Source: Eledone cirrhosa (taxonomy: Eukaryota). From it: a stretch of DNA of 64,000 nt. Positions 1 to 13,199 of this stretch are shown piece by piece. Location of the stretch: NCBI GenBank assembly GCA_964016885.1, contig OZ024742.1, positions 119,660,001-119,724,000 of the forward strand. The letters run 5' to 3'. Made by a program: the position numbers and the translations under genes. How positions within the stretch are numbered: position 1 is the stretch's first letter; each line of letters begins with the position of its first letter. Below the pieces are notes generated by a model, which saw only the letters and a list, made by a program, of their open reading frames with translations, made no database searches and was not told the origin of the DNA.

Positions 1-1180
1 TTACATCTCTTGTGTACCCAAGATTTACATTGTGCACATTGTATGGAGTTTATGCCTTCTCCCTTTCTACATATTGAGCTGGGCCACTTCCTTAAAGGAA
101 TCAGGATCCTATCTTCTCTGCTAATCACTAGCATTTAGCTTTGTCTAAGTCTACTCTCAACTCTTTTGATTCCAAATTCTGTTTTCATATTCAGAACTTA
201 TTTTCTGCATAGAGAAGTTCCCATGGGTAACTGGTCTTGAACTCCTTCATTATAGCATGGAGAACTATAATGAATAATAGTGGGCTAAGAACTGAACCCT
301 GATGAACTCTTACCTCTGTCTTGACTTCTTCACTAAACTCATTTCCTACTCTCACTTTGCTGACAGTTCCTCTGTACATGGCTTGCACTGCTCTCAACAA
401 CCATTCTTCTGCACCTAATTTTATTAAGGATCACCAGATAATAGATTGGGGTACTATGTTAAACGCTTTTTCTAGGCGAACAAAAGCCAGATATAGTGGC
501 TTATTTTTTGCTAAGAACTCTTGTAGTTGCCTCACTAAACTGAGGGCATCTGTTGTACTTTTCCCAGGTATGAAACCGAAATGCATTGCATCTAATTTGA
601 CTCTTTCCATAATTAGCTGCACAGTAAATCTCTTGGTCACTTTCTTAGTTGCTCCTTTCTAGAGAATCACCTTTACTCTTGTAGTAACTTATGATTGTCC
701 TGCTGCACCAGTCATTGGGTTTGACTCTGTCCTGTATTGCCTGATTGACTATGTGGGTTACTAGTTCAACTCCTACTCCCAATGCTTTTAGTATTTCAGC
801 AGCAATCTCTGATGGTCCTGCAGCTTTACCATTTTTTATCTCTTTGATTGCTTCTTTAACCCTTCAATGGCTGGCCCTTCTGTTGGGTAGGTTGGGGGTA
901 GTTTCTCTTCCTCCCATTTATTATTTACTATTCAGTCTCTCATAGTAACATTTCCAGGCCTCTTTCTTTCGAGCATCAGTGGTACTAAATGCATCAATGT
1001 AATTTCTAACACACTTTTCCTCAACAACATCACAATATCACACTGACACACTGCCTTGCAATATGAAACACTTTGCATCTTTAATCCTCATGCCTCAGGA
1101 CATTGGCAGACTTTCTTTCTTCAGCTTCTTTTTGAGCTGTGTACACTTGTCGTATAGCATCTCTCTTAGCTACCTGGTAT
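1..1180 (-). mobile_element. Degraded RTE-clade LINE fragment (RT region, family C-like)
   Basis: Broken frames with VHQGSVLSPLLFIIVL, PWELLYA, FGFIPGKSTTDA and LYLAFV motifs. Confidence 0.85.
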
Positions 1181-1707
1181 ATATATATGTATATATATAT
1201 ATGCATACAAACATACACACATACGTACATTCTTATATATTAAGATATGGAGCTTTAAAATATAAATTGGAAAAATTTATCAAATATTGACTTCAGAAAA
1301 TTTCAATAATCTATCCTTTAGAATGTGCTCATTGTTAGACCTTCATACACAACATGATTAATGTTAAATTAAAGCTACAAAAACAGTCTATTTTTATTTG
1401 CTTCATATAAAGAAAACTTAGATAGTTTGCTGTTATTTTCTTTTTTCTGTCAGAATTATCCTCAATGTTTGTATTTTTATCAATTTGTTTTGAAGAATTC
1501 TTTGAGGATGTCATAATTGATCCTATCGGAATTTGGGTATGTCAGGATAAATTTTATGCCAATATCTTTTTATTTAAATCAGATTTTTTTCACCAATAAC
1601 CACTTATATGAAAATTATTGAAAATTACTTTTAAATTATTATGATTATATTTCTTAACAGAATATCTCAATTTTATTGATTTTTATACCTTACACTTTTG
1701 ATTTCAG

Positions 1708-1827
1708 CACTACAACAAATACAATCCACAAGCAACACATTTTGACCCATTGGATACAGAAGTTCTCGTAAAAGAGTTTTCAAGTTCATTAACTGAGATG
1801 TTGCAAAAAAGTAAAGAAGCTCTAAAA
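1708..1827 (+). CDS. Exon of voltage-dependent calcium channel alpha-2/delta-like gene (N-terminal region)
   Basis: tttcag acceptor, 120-nt open phase 0/0 exon HYNKYNPQATHFDPLDTEVLVKEFSSSLTEMLQKSKEALK, gtaagt donor. Resembles the CACNA2D segment ...[22 protein letters not shown] and joins in frame to the next two exons. Confidence 0.85.
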
Positions 1828-2159
1828 GTAAGTTTATGCTTTGGAAAATTTTAAATTATTTTACTAACAATACAGGTAATGTTGTGGCCATAGTTAGACT
1901 CTCTTAGTTCTGTTTCAGGTATACAACTCTCTATATGGAACATAATTTAAATAAATCCACTTGCATGAATATTTTTTAAAACTATTATGTCAGTGAGAGG
2001 TTGACTCTGTCCTTGATACTTTTTAGACTAGTGAGAAGTATTTTCAAATTGAAGATCTGTCTGATTACTTGCAATAGAATGAACCCTGCTAAAGGCACCC
2101 AAGAGCCAGATGTTGGCGTTAAACTAGGTGTTGGATTATGTTTATCATCTATATATGTT

Positions 2160-2449
2160 GTTGACATGACAAAAAACACCCAGCCCACACTGTAAAGTGG
2201 TTGTGTAGGAGTCACAACAAAAAGCACCCAGCCCACATTCTCAAGTGGTTGTGTAGGAGTCACAGCAAAAAACACCCAGCACACACTAAAATGTGGTTGG
2301 CATTAGGAAGAGCATCAAGCTGTAGAAACCAAGCCAGAAACAGTTCTATATGAGTAAGACACAGTCACCTGACCCAACTTGCCTCAAATGAGACAACCTG
2401 TCTAACCCAAGCTAGCATGGAAAATGGACGTTAAACGATGATGATGATA
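2160..2449 (+). mobile_element. 5'-truncated RTE 3' end or RTE-derived non-autonomous element
   Basis: Three cacccagcccacactgtaaagtgg-like modules, a ggaag(a)gcatc motif, and the tail gctagcatggaaaatggacgttaaacgatgatg. Confidence 0.75.
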
Positions 2450-3014
2450 TGCCACAACAAGAGTTAAATTAAGAATGCAAAGAGTCAGAACAAATAACAT
2501 AAGGCATCTCATCTGATGCTTAAACAATTCTGCTCATTACTGGCCCTTAATATGTATTTTGATTAATTGGCCCCAGAATGATAAAGGGCAAAAGACAGAA
2601 TGCTAGGACAAATACAATAAGACCTTTTGTCCCACACTTTAACAACCCTGTTAATTTTGTCTCGAATTTGCAATTTAGAAATGGTGGCATTTTATAGAAA
2701 CAATGTATTAAAAGAAAGAGAAGTTATAAAAGAATGGAGGCTGAGACAAAATATAAATTTTTATAAGGTTTCAAAGAAAAGAAATCATTTTGTTCTTGAA
2801 AACAGATATGCATATAATGTAAAAGAATTAAACATTTTAGTAGTATCTTGAAAGAAACTAATTTCACATAATCAGTTTTATTGTTATTATTATTTTGCTT
2901 CATGTTTTATTTCCTCAATATCTTTTTATTTAATTCATTATAAAAATGTGTATACATATGTCTAAATAGATATATAATTATATCTACACATACACATATA
3001 TGCATGCAGATATA

Positions 3015-3320
3015 TCATCATCATCGTTCTCATCATCACTTTACATACTTGCATGGATTAGATGGCTTGTCACAATATATGGCTAGAGAGAGCATAGCTT
3101 CTATGGCTGAATGACCTTTCTTATGTCAACCACTTCATAGTTTGTAAAGAGTTTGTTTTATGTTGGCACTGATAGGGTGGACTAGTTGCTTTTTTATTGT
3201 GGCACCAACACTATGGTTTTACAGAGGGAGTTGAATGCATTTTATCATGGCATCAGTACTACAACTTTACAGTGTAGGTTAAGTGAATTTTATTGTGATA
3301 CCAACACTACCACTTTTCAA
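3015..3320 (-). mobile_element. Old RTE 3'-UTR remnant
   Basis: (TCA)n followed by ttgcatgg and repeated tttacagtgt/ggcaccaac modules; highly diverged. Confidence 0.5.
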
Positions 3321-3974
3321 CATTAGTGTGCTCATTGTGTCCTTGGCCTGGCTGGAAAGGTGAGAGTGGAGTAAGGGGTTACATGCTTCTTGCTAAAGGA
3401 CGGGGTGAAAAGGAGAGCTGGCCTTAAAGAGAAAGTGGTGTATGGTAGCACATTATAGGGTTCCCTCATCTTTGCATGCTGGCATGGTTAGGCAAGGAAA
3501 TAGGGAGCTATTCCAACAATTTCAACTGCATGCCAATATCAACATTATTTACAATCTGTCCACAATACAGGGTCAGATTAAGGAATTTCACTTTAAAGCT
3601 CAAATGAGGCTCCATCGAATAATTAGGAGGCAGGTTATTAATAGGCATCACCCTTAAATGATGTCAAGAGGGATTTTGAGATTGTGACCAAGATTAAACA
3701 GGGGCTAACTATTATTAACAGCTACTGTTTGCTGGGATGTTTCAAGTAGGGTACCGTCAACATGGTTTTTGCTGGGATTCTAAATGGTCATTCAATCATA
3801 AATATCAGAGTAAAGAAGAGGGCTATAGTCAGCCAAATAGCTTTTGCCATTCCCTGGTAGTATGAATATTGCTTAGCATCACTGCTGGAAGCAATACTGT
3901 CAGAAATAGCTAAAATTTTTGTGATATTTCAGGATTGTCTCACAGTACAAGCCCTATGCAAGTGCCTAAATAGC

Positions 3975-3983
3975 TGTGTGTGT

Positions 3984-4018
<35 letters not shown>

Positions 4019-4249
4019 CACATATGTATCATCATCATCATCGTTTAACGTCTAGCTTCCACGCTAGCATGGATGTATATATGTGTGTGTATGTATATAT
4101 ATATATGTGTGTATATGTGTGTGTATGTATATATATATATGTGTGTATGTGTGTGTGTATGTATATATATGTGTGTGTATATATATATGTATATATATAT
4201 GTGTGTATGTATATATGTGTGTGTGTGTATGTATGTGTGTGTGTGTATG

Positions 4250-4284
<35 letters not shown>

Positions 4285-4467
4285 ATGTATGTGTGTGTGC
4301 ATATGTGTGTGTGTGTGTATGTATGTGTGTATGCATATGTGTATGTGCGTGCGCATGTGTGTGTGTCTGTATGTATATATGTGTGTGTATGTATATATGT
4401 GTGTGTATGTATATATGTGTGTATGTATATATGTGTGTGTATGTATATATGTGTGTATGTATATACA

Positions 4468-4500
<33 letters not shown>

Positions 4501-4745
4501 GTATATGTGTGTGTGTATGTATATATATATATGTAACGGAAGAAATGTGGTAAGGAACCAGGTGGACCATAACGCACCAAAGTACTCAATACTTAGGGTA
4601 GTAGAGTGGGTAATAGGAACAAGTAGTGGGGTCCTACTCGTTCCTATATATATATGTATATATATGTGTGTGTGTGTGGGTGTGTATATATATATATATA
4701 TGTATTTATATATATATGTGTGTATGTATATATATATATATGTAT
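3975..4745. repeat. Compound (TA)n/(TG)n microsatellite with small inserts
   Basis: Direct reading. Contains a tiny RTE tail at about 4029-4075 and the PLE mini-insert. Confidence 0.95.
4534..4646 (-). mobile_element. PLE family 1 terminal fragment (tail plus 13-bp inverted arms)
   Basis: Reverse complement matches 30497-30594. Ends in the hairpin taggaacaagtag-tggggtc-ctactcgttccta. Confidence 0.85.
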
Positions 4746-5818
4746 AGAACATAGATTTTATATGTGGCCGGTGCTCTGGTGCAATAAGTAGCAGCAAGTG
4801 CCCACAGAATGCTAGCTCATTCCATTGCACAGATGGTTCTATAGAAATAGTGGACAACTTCCGTTACCTGGGTGACAAAATCAGCAGTGGGGGAGGGTGC
4901 TCTGAAAGTACAGTAGCTAGAGTCAGAACTGGATGGAAAAAGTTCAGAGAGCTTATACCACTATTAGCCGCTAAAGGGTTCTCACTAAAAATGAAAGGCA
5001 GGCTGTATGATGCCTGCATATGAACAGCAATGTTGCATGGCAGTGAGACCTGGGCATTGTGTGCAGAGGGTATACGCAGACTAGAGAGGAACGAAGCTTG
5101 CATGCTCCGCTGGATGTGTAATAGTAATATACGTGAACGGCAAAGCATAAACGAACTAAGGGAAAAATTAGAAATAAGAGGGATCAGATGTTGTTTACTC
5201 GAGAGAAGGCTACGTTGGTATGGTCACGTGATGCGCATGAAAGACGACAGCTGTATAAAAAAGTGCAGGGCAATAAAAATAGACGGTAGCTACGGAGTAG
5301 GCAGACCCAGAAAAACCTGGGACGATCTGATAAATTCCGACCTCACACACTTACACCTCTCCAAGACAATGTCACCGGACTGAGATCTTTGGCGCTACAC
5401 AGTAATAGAGAAGACCCGCCTTACCTCAATACAAAGTAAAATCTACTACAGTCAGTAGGCACCTCTAACAAAATACACCCCCGTCCCACTACCCCCACCC
5501 CATCCACACCACCCCTTTCAATGTAAAGTTATGTTGGTACCACAACATCCAGGCCGAAACAAATGAGGTCGTGTAGGTGTCACGACAAAAAACACAGTTC
5601 ACACTGTAATGTGGCCGTGTAGGTAACATGGTAAAAACCTCCCAGTTCCAAACTGTAAATGTGGTTGGTATTAGGAAGGGCATCCAGCCGTAGAAAACCT
5701 GCCAGACAGTCCTATGCGAGCAAGACAACCACTCTTGCCTCAAGTGGGAAAACTCCCGTCCAAACCCATGCAAGCATGGAATATGGACATTAAACGATGA
5801 TGATGATGATGATGATGG
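4745..5818 (+). mobile_element. RTE family A, 5'-truncated copy
   Basis: Highly similar to 17161-18340. MLHGSETWAL...GRPRKTW frame with stops, and a (GAT)n tail. Confidence 0.95.
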
Positions 5819-5911
5819 TGATATGTGTGTGTGTATGTGCATATATATTTATATATACATATGTGTGTGTGTGTATAGAGATAGATAGATAAATAGATTA
5901 CAAGTAGTCGA

Positions 5912-6030
5912 TTTGGCAGACATGTTAGAACATTGGATATTTGTTCTAGTTCTGTGCCTAGAATTCTACTTTGCCTTTCATCTCTTTGGGATTGTTAAGA
6001 AAGTACTAGACAAGTGTTGTAGCAGCCCTT
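5912..6030 (+). mobile_element. Degraded tRNA-derived SINE (family S1)
   Basis: ttggcaga...ctttgcctttcatctctttgggattgttaa...aagtactag resembles 11108-11298. Confidence 0.55.
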
Positions 6031-6149
6031 TCATCTTCCAGCTGTCGAGTCCTGGATATTCTGCTGGGTCAATGAAGAGAATATATATATGTGTATGTAT
6101 GTATATATTTGTAAGATTAGTTCCCCTGTACCATTATCTGGTGAGCTTT

Positions 6150-7850
6150 TAGAAAACTAGGAGCTGACGAATGGCTTGTGTGGGCAGTACAAGCCATGTA
6201 TAGAAGAACAATCAGCAAGATCAGAATTAACAATGACGATAGTGAAGAATTTAGGCTGGAGGTTCATGTCCATCAGGGCTCTCTTCTTAGCTCTCTCCTG
6301 TTTATTATCATTCTGCAGGCAATAACAGAGTAGTTTAAGACTGGATGCCCATGGGAACTTCTGTGTGCAGATAACCTAACCTTTATAGCCAAATCTATAG
6401 CTAAATTACAGATAAAATTCCAAACCTGGAAGTATGGCCTAGAATCTAAAGGACTTAAAGTCAACTTGGCGAAGACTAAAGTCCTAGTAAGTAGAAAGGA
6501 AAACAGGGCCCAGATCTCCTCAGGGAAATGGCCTTGCTCAGTGTGCAGAAAAGGAGTAGGTAGAAATTCCATTCTATGTCCCAAATGCCAGCAATGAGTA
6601 CACAAGAGATGTAGTGGAATCTCAGGCAGGCTAACACAGAATGTAGGTTTTACCCAGTGCACAGGGGCAGTAAGTAGCAAGAGCCCTCAGAATACAATCA
6701 CCTTCAAATACCCAGACGGCTCGGTAGATAGATTCTGTTACCTGGATGACCAAATCAGTAGTGGGAGAGGGTGTTCTGAAAGCTCAATAACCAGAGTGAG
6801 ATCGTGTTGAAGAAAGTTTAGGGAGCTACTACTGCTGCTAACTACAAAAGGTTTTACCTTCAAAATGAAAGGCAGACTCTATGATGCATGTATACAGACA
6901 ACAATGTTGCACAGCAGTGAGACCTGGGCACTGTGTGCTGAGGACCTGCGAAGGGTGGAAAGAAATGAAGCTGGCATGCTTTGATGGATATGTAATAGTA
7001 ATTAATATACATGAATAGGAAAGCATAAATGAACTGCATGAGATATTAGGCATAAGAGAGTTCAGATGTTGCATGCAGGAGAGGAGATTGTGTAGGTATG
7101 GACATGTGATGCGTATGAAGGATGAGAGCTGTATAAAAAGGTGCAGAGTGCTCAGTTGATGGTAGCCATGGAGTGGGTAGGCCTAGAAAGACTTGAGGTG
7201 AGGTAATAAAAACTGACCTTGCACAATTACACCTCACCAATGACACAGGATTGCGATCTCTGGCACTATGCAGCACTACAGAAGACTCATCCTCCCAAAT
7301 GCTCAAGCTGATGAATGTATCTAATAAGCATCACCTTCTTCTATCTTCTCCCCTCCCGTACATCTCCCTTGCTGTAACCACCCCTTCTCTATTACTTACG
7401 TCCTCAATTTCCCCAAGCTTCTTCCGCCATCTTCCCAAGTTCCCATCCCACACGATGAAGTGGTCCCTCAAGAACCATGACAAAAGTTCCCAGCCCACAC
7501 TGTATAGTGGTCATGTATGTGTCAAGTCAAAAGCATCCAGTCCACACTGTAAAGTGGTCATGTAGGAGTCATGACAAAAATGCGCCCAATCCATACTGTA
7601 AAGTGGTCATGTCAGCGACACAATAAAAAGTGCCCAGTCCACACTGTAAAGTGGTCGTGTAAGTGTGATGACAAAAAGCACCCAGCACACACTGTAAATG
7701 TAGTTGGCATTAGGAAAGGCATCTAGCTGTAGAAACCAAACCCAAATCAGCTTTGTGTGAGTGAAACACGGTCCTCCGACCTGATCTCTCCCAAAGGGAC
7801 AGCCCGTTCTAGCCATGCTAGCATGGAAAATGGACGTTAAATGATGATAT
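6150..7850 (+). mobile_element. Older degraded RTE copy (A/B-like), 5'-truncated
   Basis: HQGSLLSSLLFIIILQAITE, GCPWELL and SGKWPCSVCRKGVG remnants. The 3' UTR has about 5 tandem ~46-bp modules and a ggacgttaaatgatgat tail. Confidence 0.9.
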
Positions 7851-8196
7851 AGAGAAATATGTAAAATCCCGACTGTGGCGCCAATCAATTTTGGCTTGTT
7901 TGTTCAGCAAGCCTTTTCAAGGGTGTAATAATGTTTTTAGGGTGTGAAAAAATGGACCACTAGTCTTTGTAGTGCTTTGGTTGAATTTACCATAATAGTA
8001 AACTGGTTTGATTGAGAAAGTAGGTGGGGCTGCTAGAGAATGGCAAGGGATCAGGCGAAGGAAGGCGTGTGGGTGGGACAACTTCTGACAGTATTCCTTT
8101 GAGCTAGGAAATTCTGATAATAGAGTGAAGTGAAATCCAACATGTGTCTGCGTTTTTATTGGTAGAATGACCCTCCCAAAGTATAACAATATATAT

Positions 8197-9520
8197 CATC
8201 ATCATCATCATCATCGTTTAACGTCCATCTTCCACGCTTGCATGGGTTTGGACGGGGGTTTTCCCACTTGAGGCAAGAGAGTTGTCTTGCTCGCATAGGA
8301 CTGTCTGGCGGGTTTTCGACAGCTGGATGCCCTTCCTAACACCAACCACATTTACAGTGTGGAACTGGGAGGTTTTTACCGTGTTACCTACACGGCCACA
8401 TTACAGCGTGGACTGTGTGTTTTTTTTGTCGTGACACCTACACGACCTCATTTGTTTCGGACTGGTTGTTGTGGTACCAACATAACTTTACATTGAAAAG
8501 GGTGGTGTGGATGGGGTGGGGGTAGTGGGACGGGGGTGTATTTTTGTTAGAGGTGCCTACTGACTGTAGTAGGTTTCACTTTGTACTTAGGTAAGGCGGG
8601 TCTTCTGTATTACTGTGTAGCGCCAAAGATCTCGGTCCAGTGACATTGTCTTGGAGAGGTGTAAGTGTGTGAGGTCGGAATTTATCAGGTCGTCCCAGGT
8701 TTTTCTGGGTCTGCCTACTCCGTGGCTACCGTCTATTTTTATTGCCCTGCACTTTTTTATACAGCTGTCGTCTTTCATGCGCATCACGTGACCGTACCAA
8801 TGTAGTCTTCTCTCGAGTAAACAACATCTGATCCCTCTTATTTCTAATTTTTTCCTTAGTTCGTTTATGCTTTGCCGTTCACGTATATTACTATTACACA
8901 TCCAGTGGAGCATGCAAGCTTCATTCCTCTCAAGTCTGCGTATATCCTCTGCACACAATGCCCAGGTCTCACTGCCATGCAACATTGCTGTTCGTATGCA
9001 GGCATCATACAACCTGCCTTTCATTTTTAGAGAGAATCCTTTAGCGGCTAATAGTGGTATAAGCTCTCTGAACTTTTTTCATCCAGTTATGACTCTAGTT
9101 ACTGTACTTTCAGAGCACCCTCCACCACTGCTGCTTTTGTCACCCAAGTAATGGAAGGTGTCCACTATTTCTATAGAACCATCTGTGCAATGGAATGAAC
9201 TAGTATTCTGTGGGCACTTGCTGCTACTTATTGCACCAGAGCACCGGCCACATATAAAATCTATATCCTTAGTTAGCTTACCTGTGATCCCACTACATCT
9301 TTTATGCACCCATACTTTGCATTTGGGACATAAAATGGAGTTTCTGCCTACTCCTTTCCTACACACTGAGCATGGCCATTTCCCAGATGGGACCGGTGCC
9401 CTATTTTCCTTCCTACAAACTAGAACTTTAGTCTTAGACAGGTTAATTTTAAGGCCTTTTGATTCTAGGCCATGCTTCCATGTTTGGAATTTCTTCTCTA
9501 GTTCAGCCATTGATTCAGCT
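8197..9520 (-). mobile_element. RTE family A, 5'-truncated copy
   Basis: ORFs 9079-9510 and 8587-9024 match the C-terminus of the 17662-20868 protein; (TCA)n tail. Confidence 0.95.
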
Positions 9521-9607
9521 ATATATATATGTATGTATCTATATATTTGTAAGTTTATATATATACATATAGATATGTATGTATCTATCTATCTATATAT
9601 TTGTAAG

Positions 9608-9671
<64 letters not shown>

Positions 9672-10917
9672 CGTATATGATATTTTTATGATAATTTTTT
9701 ATTTGAAAGTTTCCTAAAATATTTTTTCACTTAAATTTCATTTTTGCTCTAATTCTTATGTTATCCTATGTTACTACTTTAAAATTATATTATTTCCTAT
9801 TTTTCTTTTAAATAAAGTTGTATTCTGGAAGTGAGCTTAGATTAAGACCGTCTCTTACAGCTTGTAAATAAACATATATCTCATATGGATGACAGTAAAA
9901 TATAATAGCTATCTATATTAAATAATGGGAATTAAAAGAAAAGAAACTTTAAAAAATTTGGAAAATATCAAAGGCTGCTATAAGAAAAATGATAAATATA
10001 TTTATATAATATATCTAATATATTTTTTTAAATATCTATTTTATATAATGTTTGTATCCTAGACAACATATTCCTCATCATGTTCTTGGTGTGCTTCTTA
10101 TAAAAACTTAGTCCTTTAAAAAGGTTTAACTTTTGTTGATATTATGTCTTGGTTTTGAAAATGATTTCATTTCTTAATAATGATGTTAACATTTGTGTTT
10201 GAAAATATCTATTTTATTTATTTACATTTTGTTTTGTTTCTCTTTTAATATTGTGAAATCCAGATTATTAAATATCCGAAATCATAATTATATTATATTA
10301 GTTAAAGAACCCATCATCCAAGATTTGAGAACACAAATATCAGATTACTTTAATTTGGGAAAATATGCAGCATTTGGGAAAATTTATTTAAAAGATATAT
10401 ATCTGAGAAAAATTCCTATCAAACATGAAAGTAAAAGAAGGATCCGTAAGCAGCACAGTCTGGTTTGTAAATGAGTTGACAAGTAGAGCTAATTGAACTT
10501 CTGCAAACTATCGAACAGTCTATCCAAGCAAATTTGTAATACTTAAAGACAAACATGGAAATATCATAAATAAGTATGAGTAGTTAGTGAAACATCTACA
10601 GTAATTCTGAAAAGTGCTTAGTGAACTCAAACAAGTTGATCTTGTCAACACGATTCTCTTCACTTGGTCAAAAGAGCTGATTGTCTAACTCCCTATAATA
10701 TGTACACCTCAACAATGAATATTGGTATGGTATCATTTAATTTTTAATTCCTAAAATCTTGATCAAAGGAACTGCACCTCGGATATCTGAACAGTAAGCC
10801 GTAGTCTGATGCAGTTAATACTGTAGAGATTCAACTGCTGGTAATAGTTGAAATGTTTCTTGGTTCTAAAGAGAAAAAACAGACAAATTTCTTAGATATA
10901 GTTTAGCATTATTATTG

Positions 10918-11495
10918 TGGCAGTATTGGTAGAGAGTTGGACACCATGCTTTGAAGCATAGAGTTACGTCCCTTTATGATCTGAGTTCAAATCCCGCCGA
11001 GGTTAACTTTGCCTTTCATCCTTACGGGGTCGATAAAATAAAGTACCATTAATGTACTGAGTAATTGCTGGCCTTGTGCCTAAAATAGAAACAATTATTG
11101 GTGGATTGGCGGTGAATTGGCAGTATCGGTAGAGGGTCGGACGCCATGCTTTCCAGCATAGTTACGTCCCTTTACGATTTGAGTTCAAATGCCGCCAAGG
11201 TTGATTTTGTCTTTCATCCTTACGGGGTCGATAAAATAAAGTACCAATAATGCACTGGATAATTGCTGGCCTTGTGCCTAAAGTAGAAACAATTATTGGT
11301 GGATTGGCAGTATCGGTAGAGGGCTGGAGGTTATGCTTTGCATCATAGAGTTACGTCCTTTTACATTCTGAGTTCAAATCCCGCCGAAGTTAACTTTGCT
11401 TTTCATCCTTACAGGGTCGATAAAATAAAGTACCAGTAATGCACTTTGATAATTGATGGCCTTGTGCCAAACATAGAAACAATTATTGGCAGTAT
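10918..11495 (+). mobile_element. Tandem trimer of tRNA-derived SINE family S1
   Basis: Three head-to-tail ~190-bp units with A-box-like tggcagtatcggtag, B-box gagttcaaatcc, body ctttgcctttcatccttacggggtcgataaaataaagtacc, and an attatt tail. Confidence 0.9.
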
Positions 11496-11766
11496 GAAGT
11501 TTTGAATGGTTCATAATTATTGTAATGTTTATTTTTTTAATTATATGATAGCTTCATATTTTTGTATTAGCTATGTGCCACTTTATAAATACATGATCAT
11601 ATTTGTAACTTCTTACAAAAGATTTATACACTACAGTGATATTACACTCTGTCTCATGTATACACTCCATGCTGTTAATATGTATAAATTGTTGGATATT
11701 TCTATTTACCTAAACAATGCTGTGCCTATATTTTTGATTACACAAATATCTTTTCTTCATTTTTAG

Positions 11767-11826
11767 AACTCTGTAGAAATTGCTGAACAAGCTGCTGCGA
11801 AATATAACTGGAATCCTGAATTAAAG
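11767..11826 (+). CDS. Exon of CACNA2D-like gene
   Basis: Polypyrimidine tract plus tag acceptor, 60-nt exon NSVEIAEQAAAKYNWNPELK, gttagt donor. Resembles CACNA2D1 [20 protein letters not shown]. Confidence 0.85.
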
Positions 11827-12814
11827 GTTAGTAATTTAATTTCATATGACTTTTCTTTTTATTTCATTTCTAAGGTGTTAAATTCAAATAACCATTTAAC
11901 TCTTTAGCATTTACATTACTCTATATTTACTATTGTATATAATTATTTCACATAATATTAAATCTATGAGATTTTGATATTATTTATTTTGAGAACAACA
12001 CCTTAACGTCAGTATGAGTGGCCAATTACAGCTAGTTCGAACAGAAAGAGGTGAGAGAATTCTGGCCAGTTACAGCCGGATTAAATGCTAAATGGTTAAC
12101 ATGTATCAGAAAGAAGGTACCTGACAATAGGAATATTAAGAAACAAAATTCATAATAGTGTCTATAATTTAAAACTTGGATGGTTTTTCTAAAGAAAATA
12201 GGAGTGGTAGAAATAATAAAGATAGAAAAGGTGGGGAGAAGATTCTCAAACTCAATCACACTCCACAACGGGGGGCGTTGGGGCTTCCCTGTAATAATTT
12301 GTGAAGCCAGCCAACATTGCCATGAGTGACAGTGAGGTTAAGACACTGAAATAGCTAAGCATAGGCATTACATGATACCCCAGTCAGGCAAGCTGCCAAC
12401 AATGAGTGTTATACATGATCTTACCTTTATTTAACTGTATATTGAATTTGTAGGTGGTTCTCTCTATACTAAAATTAAAGATTAAGGGTCACAGATGTTG
12501 TTCACCTTCAATCTACATGAAAAATAATTGAAACTGAGCTATAATTACTTACAATCTAACTCTTAATCACATCTTCTATGAGTTGTTTCATCATCTTCAA
12601 AGTGTTTGCAGTATTGAATGATCACCTGTACAGACACCTGTCCAGAATTCCTTTTTAATTTACTGCTTGTCAGGGCATTGTTTATGTATTTTGTTATGTA
12701 ATTGTATTTAATTGAATAAATATTGATTTAATTGTTTATTTCTACTTAAATTATCATATAATGTGTTTTTATATTTTTCTCATATATTAATTTTTTTTAT
12801 CAATTTTTTTGCAG

Positions 12815-12950
12815 ATTGGAAATATAACTTATTTTGATTCAACGTCTTTGGCAGATGATGATCTCCTTTTAGAGTACCATCCGCGCTTTCAACAACCAGT
12901 GAATCTGTCAGTTTCAAGTGTCCATATTCCCGTAGAAATTTACAAAGGGG
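12815..12950 (+). CDS. Exon of CACNA2D-like gene (start of VWA_N domain)
   Basis: tttgcag acceptor, 136-nt exon IGNITYFDSTSLADDDLLLEYHPRFQQPVNLSVSSVHIPVEIYKG+1, gtaagt donor. VNxSxSxVHIPxxIY is the alpha-2/delta VWA_N signature. Confidence 0.9.
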
Positions 12951-13199
12951 GTAAGTTTTAGATGCTTTTACTTCAAAAAATGTGTATTTGGTATTCAAAA
13001 CTTAATTTACAATTTGTGATAATTTTGTTTTGTGTATCAAGCAAATGCTGTTGATCATTGGAATTACTTTAACTCATTAAAGGTATATTTTAGTTTCTTT
13101 TCTTTAAAATATAATTCCAGACAAAAAAAAAAAGCTTTTGAGTATTTTTTGGGAAGCTAACAAAGACTATATTTAAAAAAAAGATGAATTTCATTATAG

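Noticed and set aside
1454-1536. Possible extra exon (cag...gtatgt, LSSMFVFLSICFEEFFEDVIIDPIGIW) in frame with the 1708 exon
   Set aside because: No resemblance to the expected upstream alpha-2/delta sequence. Splice-like signals alone are too weak without RNA data.
3976-4857. Long ORFs of Y/I/C/V/H/T residues here and in the other TA/TG tracts
   Set aside because: Translations of microsatellites, not genes.
7860-8190. Possible PLE terminal remnant: tail similar to 23380-23411 and a degenerate UUGAAAA hammerhead on the minus strand near 7876-7926
   Set aside because: GAAA is mutated and stem I is poor. Too degraded to call.
10193-10860. ORF 10193-10474 or an additional host exon
   Set aside because: No alpha-2/delta similarity. 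The downstream part looks like a very old LINE remnant but is too decayed to assign.
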